NCBI GenBank assembly: GCA_964057225.1
Contig: OZ059898.1
Location: 15,004,001-15,068,000, forward strand
Direction of reading: 5' to 3'
Source of the DNA: Auanema rhodensis
Lineage: Eukaryota; Animalia; Nematoda
DNA length: 64,000 bases
In this document: positions 49,901 through 64,000 of the stretch, piece by piece
Position numbering within the stretch: the stretch's first letter is position 1
Layout of the letters: each line of letters starts with the position of its first letter
The notes under the pieces: generated by a model
What the model saw: the letters and a program-made list of their open reading frames with translations, nothing else
What the model was told of the DNA's origin: nothing
The model's database searches: none
Made by a program: the position numbers and the translations under genes

Positions 49901-52900
49901 AGTGGTAGTAATAAACTGAAAACAAAAATTAGAAATATTTTTAGAAATATGCTTTGGGATTAACATTAAAAACAATGCTATGACATGGTATTATAACCCT
50001 TTTATAGAAATAAAAAAATAAGACCGTACCAGAGAAAACAAATGAAGTGAAATTAGTTATTGGGTGTATGAGAAAACATGGTTGCCACTAACAGCAGCAG
50101 CAAATATAATAACACATTAGTGCAAAAATCGGAAAATTCTATTTATAATAGTGATTAAATGGAATAATTAAAGTAATTTGAAAAAAAAATAAAAATTTAG
50201 AAAAATAAACAAATAGAAAAAAACTCAGAATAGAGCGAACCAACCAGTTCATACACGTAGCAATTGAAAAATAACTGAGCGATTAAAAACAAAAAAAAAA
50301 AGAAAAAACACGGGCTACGTGAATACGTGGTAATTAGCATACCAAAATATGTAAATGAGTTATTTCCTGTTCAAATGTCATGCAGAATAAAAAATTTCAA
50401 TTTAATTAAAAGGGATACACGAAAATAATAAAAAAATGTAGAATAATAAAATAGTGGGTGTAAATCATTTGAATCGACATTTGATTTTTTTTTTGCGATC
50501 CGTACTACTGCGGGGTAACGACAACGGTGCGTTATGATGAGGCAGTTCAGCCGATTTGCCTGCCGATTTGCAACAATTCGATATAACTAGACTACATATC
50601 AGAAAGATTGTTGGCTGAGGTAAGTTTTGTACTAACTTTATAAAAGTTTTTATGGGCAAAAGAAAATATGGAAGCTCGTTAACTCGAATTTACTTTGAAC
50701 GACAACGAAGAATCTACTTGTTGTGCTCAAAAAAATATTTGAAAAGGCAGGAATGAAAAGACACGACTAACAGCGAGCATGAAAAAACAAACAATACGCA
50801 ATGTCTCGTCCGCAGTTTTGATAGAGATTTTCTTTTTAGGCAGATGAAAAAGCTTCTGCATGTAGTTCAATAGCTGTTAGAAAAGCTCAGAATATAGATA
50901 TCCAGTCCATTGTTTGAATAATAGATAGATCATATAGATTGAATGGTTTGTGAAATACTTGATTGGAATGCCTGAGACCTAGGATCATAGATGATGTCTT
51001 AATTTGGCAGTCATCCAAAATTCAAATGTGGAAGTTTTTAGATAGTGAGTACGTTGATCGGCACGCCGGTCGCGATTCCCCTTCTCTAAGGGAAAATAAG
51101 AGAAACAAAACCGGTTCCTGAGAAGAGGTGATCAAGAGAGGAGAACAGAGTGAGAGTGTTCTCTTCTTCTCTATCGCTCCTCCCTTCTGCACAATACTGC
51201 ATGTCTGCATGAATGTGTGTGGGTGAGGGCAACGAGAAATAGATATGTATCCTTTCCTTTCATGCTGTAGAAGAAAGCAGAACGCAACGAGTGCAGAAAG
51301 TGGCTGAGATGTTTGAAGGGAAAGACTGGGAGTAGGATTGATAGAACGCTTAATCCGACTTCATGGCGATTGTCAACAGAAAAGAGCACGCTCTGAGTTC
51401 CAAAACACTGTCTCGTTCGAGTATAAGCATTTAAAAGTAGAAGCACGAACTAAGGGAGAAGCGAAATGAGTCGAGAAAGGCAGAAATAATGCTTAAGAGC
51501 AAGAGATGAAAAGAAAGAAAGAGAAATAGAAAAAGAGCGAGGAGCAGTTTAAGCGGATAGACACGATGATGAGAGAGACCAATTAGTTCACATGTTCTGC
51601 TTGCACAACCATTTATGGCAAGTGGATGTCGGGTCTTTTCTTCGTTTTCTAACAGCTCGTAGTCTTCCACAATTGACCGACATTTGGAATGAGGTGACCA
51701 ATGTTGCTGTCAATTACATGCGAATACCCTCAAATTCGAAAGAAAAAAGTGTTAGTAAGGAACTGCTATACGATTGGAAATCATAACCACATGATATCTT
51801 CAATACGAAATTCGTTCCTTAAGATTACTAGTTCGAAGCTAAAGAAGCTGTCATATGAAAATGTTTTGCACGCTTGACTAGACCTGTAGCTTAAAACAGA
51901 ATAGGCTGGTCAAGTTGTATGCGTTTTCTGAAAAGAAAAAACTAATTCGCTTTAGAGCAAAGAATATCAAGAAATATGTCATTTTAACTGATGACAGAGA
52001 CTAATAATCGTGCGATGTGCTAAGAAGATGGAAAGTTTATTTGCATATTTGGACTGTTCGCCTTCTAATGAGAAAGATTTAAATAGAGGGAGCAGTGAGA
52101 AGATGTGAAGAAGAATAAGAGGATGAGGACGAATAAGAGAAGGAGGAGGGTGAGGAGGTAACAGGACTGAAAGATGAGGTTAGAGAGTAAGTGAGAGAGA
52201 TCACAACTTGAAAAGAGAAAAATAGAAGGGAATGAAATAGAATGCGGAAATGGGCGATCTAAAGCTAGATGCTTGTGCTCCTTTCGGATATCTCACATCC
52301 ATTTTGAGAGTCCTTCGAACAAGAGTGCTGAAAACTTGGGATACTAAACTGATGATGACTGATGTTAGAACTATATTTCAAACATTGACATCTTTAATTG
52401 TGCTGAAGCTACAGCTGAAATGAATCATTCGTTGCTCCACCTCGTGTTCTCTCTTTAACTTGTATAACAAGTCTAAGTTGGCGAGAACATTCGGCGTAAC
52501 TCAAAACTGCAATCGTCTCAAAATTTGTTTTCATAGATTCAAAAGCAGGAAGTTCGACGTCGTCATTTCAACCGGAGAACAAAACGAACAGTCCGACTCT
52601 GAAACGGCAAGGTTCCAAAATTTCACTTGTGCAAACATGACAAATCATGAAGTTCCAGCAGACAAAGAATCACTTCCTGTGCTTATGTTGTGAATTTCGC
52701 CCTGAGCAGCTGTACCATCAGAAAAAACCCAAAACGTTTTTCTTCTATTAGGCTCTCTCATGGCTTTGCATGCCATTGAAGTGACATAGGAATTAGTGTC
52801 TGTATGTAAATTGTTTTTTCTAGCTAGCCGAATATGTCGCATTATATTAATCATTTGTCATATGTATGTCTTTGGAAAAACGTTTTCAGATGAAAAAACG

Positions 52901-53189
52901 AAAGCGGCAATGATTAAAAGAACATATTTACTTAAGATGACGGAGAGGATGATGAAACAATGATAGCTTCTTGAAGTTCTTCTTAAGAAAAAAAATGAGA
53001 AATGAAGAATTTGATATGTATGCAAGTACCGGAAAACATGTCATAAAAGGCAATTAGATAGGCACATTATATGAAATGAAATTTAAAGTTCAAGTAGAGT
53101 TAATTGAGAGTAAAACGGAGATCCAGCAGGTATGGAATCATGAGTAGAATTAGCACATTATGAACATATGTGCAGTTTTAATATATAAA

Positions 53190-54912
53190 TTAAGCTTTTT
53201 TGGTGAAGAAAGAGCTGATTTTAGATTGTTGAGTAGCTGTTTTTGCTGCTTTAGGCTTCGTCAGCGTGGTCTGGAATTGAGGGTCACAAAAGAAGTAACA
53301 TAACTCAGAGAGTACCTGATTGATTTTCTTGGGAGACAGTGGCTTAGCAACGGGAGTGTCTTCTTCGGGCTCAACAGATACCTCTTTAACAACCTCTTTT
53401 GTTACTGAACATGAAATTCTACATTTGAAAAACATTATGTAAGAAATACCAAGGAATCCTTCGTCATCCATAAAGGTTTCATAGGTTTTCATCATCTTCT
53501 TTCTTTTTCCGGGAGCTTCAGCTACAAAATTCTTTCTCGCTAAAACAAATGATTCCACACAAGATTCCACAATATACTTACGAGATCGTCTAACAGGTGG
53601 CTTTTCTTCTTCTTCAGCTTCAGGTTCTTCTACTTTCGTAGAAGCTTTCTTAGGCTTCTTGTTTTCAGTGTTAGCCTTCTTCTTCGATTTCTTTACCGGG
53701 GAATCAACCTCCATGGATTCTGTCTCAGCTTCCTTTTCTGGAGAAGAAGCAGTTGCATCAAAAATATCTTCTTTCACTGAATAACAAAATTAGGGAATTA
53801 GAAAATATTAGTCCAATCGAACAAAGTTTTTTTGATTCCTTCTTCCCCCCTCGTTGAGCAGGCTTTTCATTCTTTTCAGGAGTAGCTTCAGGCTCTTTTT
53901 TGGGCTCTTTAGGAGGTGGAGAACAGGAATCTTCATCGTCGATAATTATTTTGCGAGCTCTACGCCTAAAATAATAATATTTTGGAGCGGATTACATTGA
54001 AATTTATACTTCTGTCCAGCAGATGGAGAAGATGAGCTTTCTTTTTTCTCAGCAGAAGAAAAGGGGCTTTCTCTTACTACCTTCTTTGGAGAACTCTATA
54101 AAGATTTATATTTCAAAATGTCAAAGAACGTTAGCTACGTTTGGAGTTTTCTCTTTAGTGCAAGCTTTCTCAAACATTTTCTTCAAGTCAGGCTTCTTAT
54201 CAGCTACAATGCTCTTCTTTGTGAGAGTAGGTTTTACTTGAACAGGCTGAAAGTAACAATTTACATTGAATTCGTTGGAAAATCGCTGTAAAACCTTAGT
54301 TTCCATTGCTTTAGCAACAAGTTCAAGTTGTTCCTTATGTTCCATTTCCATCTTATTACGGAATGCTTCTATCTTCTTCGCTTTGATGGGGGCTCGCTCA
54401 CTGTCGGAAAGAAAAAAATCTTTGTCTTCCATCATATCAGCAAGGAAAACAGCATATATATCCTTTAAATATGAAATGTCTGTGATCATTTAGAAAGTTA
54501 ATCTAAGAACCTCAACATCTCTTGTTTGAAGACTAAAAATCTCAGTTGTAGAAATGGATTGGAAGTTACTTTTCTTCTCTTGAAGCTCAGATTCTTTAGC
54601 AAGAACAGTAGATTTACAATCGACTCCTGTAAAGTGTCCCAGGTTTATGAATAATTTCATTACTTCTATACAACCTTGTCTTTCCATTTCACCGGTGATT
54701 GAGTATATAGCCCATAATCCATTTTTACCCTTATTAGTATTATAGAAAGAAATTAAGGTTCTAAAAAGCAATTTCAGCTTATTCTAGAAACAAAATGGAA
54801 AAAACTACTCTTTAGCATCTTCAACTGGGACGTTTGAATGCCTGGATAGTGTTACAGCTGTGACGATACGTTCTTCGTCGAACAGCATCATTTCCAAACG
54901 TTCAGTGTCCAT
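53190..54912 (-). CDS. POLD3: DNA polymerase delta subunit 3 (POLD3/p66/Cdc27)
   Basis: N-terminus MDTERLEMMLFDEERIVTAVTLSRHSNVPVEDAKE resembles the winged-helix start of this family. Lys/Glu-rich disordered middle, conserved KTYETFMDDEGFLVTKEV, and C-terminal PCNA PIP box QSKISSFF. Confidence 0.88.
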
Positions 54913-55474
54913 CTTCAATATATTTTTTTGTCATGAAAAGAAGCTTAAAATCAAAAAAATAAAGCATAATTAAAGGAAATCCCGTTTGTATAAATGGTAA
55001 AGACAAAGACTATTCGATTACATTCTTCATATATAGAATTCTATAGTTGGTTATTGGTAGACGAAAAAAAAAAGAAAAATACAATCTCTTCAACAATAAA
55101 GCTCTGAATATGCCCAATTTTCTGAGTTTTGGGTCATGAAATCCATGGATATTTAAAACTTACAAGAAATATGATCTACCGAGCAGTTTAGTGACCAGAA
55201 TTTACAAAACAAACATCACTGGTGAGTAAGTAAAATAAGAAAATGAGCATTTATATTAGATAAATTAATGGCTATCCAAACTAAAGAAAATGAGTCAATT
55301 AAACTAAATCACAGAAAAAAAAACTAATCACAGAATTATACGACACAAAGACTGAAAAAGAAGTAAGATGACAGCAAGGCTTTTATGAAAGAGCATGGAG
55401 ATTCCAAGAATCTATAAAGATGATTTGAACGATAAGCCTCAATACCCGTATTTTGAAAAAAAAGGAAAGAAAAA

Positions 55475-59134
<3,660 letters not shown>

Positions 59135-59489
59135 GCCCGATTATCAAGTCTATCGAAGGAAAATTCATAAAACTCAGTTGGAAAGTATGAGAACCTGATT
59201 ATAATCAGTACTCATCAAGAGATGAACCAATAGGACTGATAGTTAGTCCATAATACGACCTTGAGATCTAAAATTTCCTTTGTAAAAGAAACAGAAAACA
59301 AAATAGAGAAAAAGATCAACCATAGCGCAAACAACAAAAATGAATAACATGAAGCTAATGGAAGCAGAATTTTCACAAAAATTTAAACTGCAATACACCA
59401 TTTGTGAAGGAATTCTTAATACGTATAGTGTAATACTTTACAAAGGTTTTCTTTCGAAAAAGGGTACAAAATATGAAAAAAAATCGAGT

Positions 59490-59780
59490 GTCTTAAGGAT
59501 GGATGGGAATGCTTAAACGTATTCGGAGCTCAAAAACTGCACACATCGCGAAGGCGGCGATCGAACAAACGTAAACATTAACGAGAACATCGATTATCAT
59601 ATTCGAATAATCTATAAATGGGAAATAATCTAATAATATAGCACGTATTGAAAAGAAATTAATAAAAATACGCGAAGCTTTAGCAAAACAGCTGACTGAG
59701 TAGGGCTCAACGCAAACTATGCATGACATTGTGGGCGGGGCTTTTTGATTGCATGATGTTTAGCTGAGAGGGAGGGGCAT
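59490..59780. promoter_or_regulatory. CpG/GC-enriched promoter region upstream of pifk-1, possibly bidirectional
   Basis: CG-rich patch and GC box GTGGGCGGGGC (59731-59741), 350-650 bp upstream of the pifk-1 ATG and adjoining the structured RNA candidate. Confidence 0.5.
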
Positions 59781-60175
59781 AGCAGGGAACTGCATACTTA
59801 AATGGAAGTCAGTCAGTGTGATAGATTATGCTGGAACTGACTGTAGAGTCGTTTTTTCGTTCCTGGGAAGTTTAGACTAGTTTGCCATGGAAAGGTCGCA
59901 AATAGTGTGGTGTGCGGAAGGGCAAGTCAGAGGGTGCACGATGAAAATCCGGTCCTCGAGGAGGGAAATACTAGCACTGTTTCATCTAGCTTCCTATTTC
60001 CCTCTAGACACACGTTGCGTTGGTTAGTGACGAGAGCAGTATGAGCAAACATTGAAATAAATGGTTCTGATGTGAGATTAGTTCGAAGACACCGACCAAT
60101 ATCTGTGTCAGCTGCAAGTGTCAGCCGAATTAGCCAATGTAGGGATTACGAGTACTTGTTTCACTAAATTTTTTT
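59780..60175 (+). ncRNA. Candidate structured non-coding RNA of unknown family (about 300-390 nt)
   Basis: Many nested helices: 59810-17/59836-43, 59870-76/60003-09, 59881-85/59898-902, 59910-15/59934-39, 59961-70/59995-60004, and 60015-28/60129-42 (14 bp, 5 G-U). T7 run at 60169-60175. No ORF. Confidence 0.55.
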
Positions 60176-60228
60176 AATTTGCCGTTTAGTATCTATCTCA
60201 AACTCTCACTTTCACATTTCCTTTCTAG

Positions 60229-60258
60229 CCCCCCCCCCTCTCTCTCTCTCTCTTTCTT

Positions 60259-60291
<33 letters not shown>

Positions 60292-60301
60292 TTCTCTTTT
60301 T
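60229..60301. repeat. C-run followed by (CT)n/(CTTT)n polypyrimidine tract
   Basis: Uninterrupted pyrimidine tract. Confidence 0.9.
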
Positions 60302-61296
60302 ATTTCCTTATTCTATTACTCTTCCAGCAGCTAGTTCCTCATACAATTGATATCACTCTTATCTTTCACCCTCTGAGTATTGCTTGTTGTTCATATACAC
60401 ATACATGGTTTCTTTGTTCACTTCCTCTCTCCTCTCTTTCTCTCTCTCTCTCCCTCTCTCCTTCTCTTTAAAAATTCTATTTCATCTCTCTATTCATCTT
60501 TCATTTCCTTCGTTTCTATCACGTGTTTCAATTTGTTCCTAATATTACGTCTTCTCTTCCTCTTTTTAGAATATTTTCCTGCGTTTGTTACAATTTTTCG
60601 TTTCTGATTTTGAAATGGACTTATCTTACTTTACAGGGAAGTATTTCCGGTCATTTTAAAAATAAAAAGAAGGAAAAGTTATTTGATGACTCACGACGAG
60701 TGTGAGCATTCGAAGAGGAGACACACATAATCTCACAAATAGGAAATATGAGTAACAATCTATAGATGTTGCTACGAGTTTACAATAATAATTCAAGTTT
60801 TAATTGGAAATTTTATTTTATATATTTTATGAATTCCTTAATATAATATTTGAAATAGTTGGAGATAGGAGCTTTTTGATAATTGATTTTTGAATAAAAA
60901 ATTGTTCGTTTATTTCAATCAGAGTTACACGTTCACATAATGTTTTCACATAAAAAATAAACATTTCATGAAATGTAAATTTTGAGATCATAGTTGAGCA
61001 CACAAAATAGAGAGATAGATAGAAAAGAAAAGAAATATAGCAAAAACGAGAAGGAAAAGTAGAAAAATAAGAAAAAAAGTTGGTCAAAATTTAAAAGATT
61101 TTGTCGGCAATGGCGTACGAGCTTTTCGCATTTTATTCTGCTGAACGACACGTCGAACCCGACGTTTTTGAATAAGTTCCTAAACAAAATAAAAATATTT
61201 AAATCTATTAATGTTTATGAAAAAATCTTTAAAAAGAACTAATTAACTATGTGTATATACACGTGTATGAATAAGTATGTATGTTTATGGGTATGG

Positions 61297-61315
61297 GTGT
61301 GTGTGTGTGTGTGTG
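61297..61315. repeat. (GT)n microsatellite
   Basis: Perfect GT run. Confidence 0.85.
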
Positions 61316-61619
61316 CTGTGAATATCTTTGTAAATCTAAAATTAAAACAAACTAATTGTACAGGTGAAATTTAAAGATAATTGAAGTTATTCAGTGATTG
61401 TGTATGAGCTTATGCTTAATCTTTGAAATATATACATAAATATAATTGTGTTGATTCATAAAAGAAAAAAATATTTTTATAAACATCAACATAGTTATTT
61501 TAAAAATAAAAATTAAAACTATAGAAGATATATGTAGAAAGATCTAGGCATATAAGGCAGAGAAAGAGATATAAAGAGAGAATGAGACAAGAGACAAATA
61601 GAGAGATTTTGAGAGAATT

Positions 61620-61658
61620 AGAGAGAGAGGGAGAGAGAGAGAGGGAGAGAGAGAGAGA
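61620..61658. repeat. (GA)n microsatellite downstream of the twk-18 stop
   Basis: Imperfect GA run. Confidence 0.9.
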
Positions 61659-61963
61659 TACATATGTCAACGATTTGCAAAAAAAAAAAGTTTTTTAAAG
61701 TATTGTTCCAACATAAAGATAAGGTTTGAACCTTCCGATTATGACTAGATAAAATGAAAACTAAAATTCTCGTTATAAAAAGGAATAAAAGTGTTTGTTC
61801 GTCATGCGATGTGTCATCGTCAGAAGACGACTACAACAACTGAATATTGAGAATGAGAATCAAATTAATCCAAACTTGATCATGATCTGATAATTAGAAA
61901 CTTTGAAAAATACAAGTCCCTGAAGTAATTATCTAAGAAAAGGATGAGAAAATAGGTTTGAAT

Positions 61964-64000
61964 CTAGACATCATCTTCTTGGATCGTGGTTGTGGTAATG
62001 GTGCTGGACTCAGGAGCCTGCTCGATGGGAGTTACTTTTTCAATTTTGAAGCTGCGAGTTGGTGCACGAGGAGCTTCTTCAGCTTCTTCGTCTTCCTCAG
62101 TTTCCTGACTAAGAAGTTTAGTTGTGCGACTTGGCATTACGAAAGTAGTAGAAGCTCCAACGGGGGATCTGTGAGCCGGTTCAAGTGATTCAGAGACGTT
62201 TCCAAATGATCGCTCCATGATGGTAGATGCAGTCTGGGAAGGCTGGCCCGATTGCAGTTCCATTTTGAGAAGCTCTTCCCTGATGAGATCCTAAAAAGAA
62301 CAAGCAACAGTGCAAATACAACATAATCCGAAAGGATTAACGATTATATGTGTATCATCGTTTGCTATAAATTTGATATTTCCTAACAAATACGCTAAAA
62401 TTCTATTAGATCTTTCAGCAACCAATCATTCCTTCAAGTTTTTTTAACGAAAAAGTGCAAACAATTTAAAACGGGAAGTGCTTCTAGCAGTATTGTGCAA
62501 GAGTGAAAGAAAGTCTAAAAAACTTAAAAAAACACGAAACACTAACTTCTAACAGAATCATTTCAGTTTGACATCCCCTAGTTCTTCTGTGAGCTTTATT
62601 ATCAGCGCTTTTCTCTAAAGCTTTCTTAGCGGAAGCTGGCATGATGTGATAGAGGATTCGCTCCTTAACCGGCATTCTGGCAATTACTGCATCCAATGTT
62701 TTCTTTGTATTCTTATCTGTAAAAAAAAGTTTATTTACACTCCCAATTTTATTATTATTTTCAAAGAATTCAACACAATCAACCACACACATTTCTTGTT
62801 CAAACAGTGTCGTTTCTCTCACATCATTATCAATAATATTGAAGTAATATACTGATTTTTGATCAGAATCTAACAGGGATCATATACAGAATCAGAGAAC
62901 AAATTAGATTTTTAGATTTTCTTTTTCTTTTTTCTCGCTTTTTGAACCATACACAGTGAAAACATTACCTTCCGTATCCTTCAAAACATCTCCACAGCTC
63001 ATTTTACGAGCATCTTCAGCTGAAATTTCGCCGTCCTCAGCTGCTTCAGCAAGAGCATTCATGTATTCCCGATCTATATTAGCTTGCATTCCCTGAAGAA
63101 AAAATATTTTATGTCTTTATTAAAAAATCGAAGAATAAACTGTTTTCTTCTTTTTGTTTTCATTTACTCAAGACTAAGGGACGGACCCCCACCTGTTCTT
63201 CCAATCAACCTCAATAAACATAGTTCATACTAATTCATTGAACTGTTTTCATTTTAGAATTACGTGAAGTAAAGAGCGGTTGTATTTCATCATGTTTTTC
63301 AATTTTTGAACAAAAGTTTGAAAGCTTTAACAAACCGTTGCTAATGCTTGCATCTGTTGCTGAATAAGAGTAAGTACAGTTGAAACAAGCGAAAGACCGA
63401 TGAGTAGGAGAATAGCTACGACAACAACGTAAGAAAATTCAGAAGGAACAATATCTCCAAATCCAATTGTTGTAAATGAAATTAAAGTGAAATAGAGTGA
63501 TGTTCCTATAATATTAGTTTTTAATTATTTTGAATAAAAAATTTAAAATATTACCGTAATCCCAATCTTCAAAAATTAGAAATATGGCGGCACATACAAA
63601 AATCCAAATGATGGTAACAAATATAAGAAAACTGATAGGGAATGATAATAGATCATCATCTTCGTTATTCGCAGATTTCTGAATATTTTGATTGTTGAAC
63701 AAGATATTTGAAGATATTTATTTGACTTACATCTGCTCCATCTTCAATACCAACAGCATTTTCTACTCTTTTTCCCAAATCCTTGGAAACTACCTTAGTG
63801 GATCTAATCAACGCAGTCCATACAAAGCGACAAATTCGCGCAAATATGAGACCTAGAAGAAGATTTTCAGGCATTTCTTAGAAGTATTACAGTGTTATAC
63901 CCAAAGAATAAAGCACAATAAGGGCTAATGGTATTCCGAGGAATGCATAAAGTATAGTTAGAATACGTCCACCAGTTGTAACAGGAGCAATATTTCCATA
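61964..64000 (-). CDS. twk-18: Two-pore-domain (TWK/K2P) potassium channel, 3' part; runs off the window end
   Basis: P1 end YGNIAPVTTGGR and P2 GTSLYFTLISFTTIGFGDIVP. DDLLSFPIS...LLLIGLSLVSTVLTLIQQQMQALATGMQANIDREY...LIREELLKMEL closely follows C. elegans TWK-18 as I recall it. Stop TAG at 61964-61966. Confidence 0.88.

Noticed and set aside
59780-60175. Telomerase RNA or RNase P/MRP identity for the structured island
   Set aside because: No template complementary to TTAGGC and no H/ACA boxes. GGGAAGTTTAGACTAG only loosely resembles RNase P CR-I, and no matching CR-V/P4 partner is present.
63170-63215. Possible poison or terminal exon (VDWKNRWGSVP*) in a twk-18 intron
   Set aside because: It needs a weak GAG acceptor and has no other support.

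Overview
AT-rich eukaryotic DNA from a rhabditid (clade V-like) nematode. Introns are short (about 45-60 nt), GT-AG, with TTTCAG-type acceptors, and (CT/GA)n microsatellites are abundant, so most ORF-track entries are intron read-through or noise. Manual splicing gives eight protein-coding genes: nuo-1/NDUFV1 (+); an OATP/SLCO transporter (+) preceded by about 20 kb of non-coding DNA; an unknown low-complexity protein with SxIP motifs (+); a warthog Wart+Hint gene (-); tbc-11/RABGAP1 (-); POLD3 (-); pifk-1/PI4KB (-); and the 3' part of twk-18 (-). The best unexplained signal is a GC-enriched, extensively base-paired segment of about 390 nt (59780-60175). It has G-U pairs that favour the + strand, ends in a T7 run, lies head-to-head with pifk-1, and matches no RNA family I recognise. 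Other leads are a 31-bp hairpin minisatellite with nuclear-receptor half-sites in the warthog intron, a frame break at an A7 run in the SxIP gene, and apparent absence of sel-12 from the pifk-1/tbc-11 cluster. All structures were folded by eye; no searches were run.
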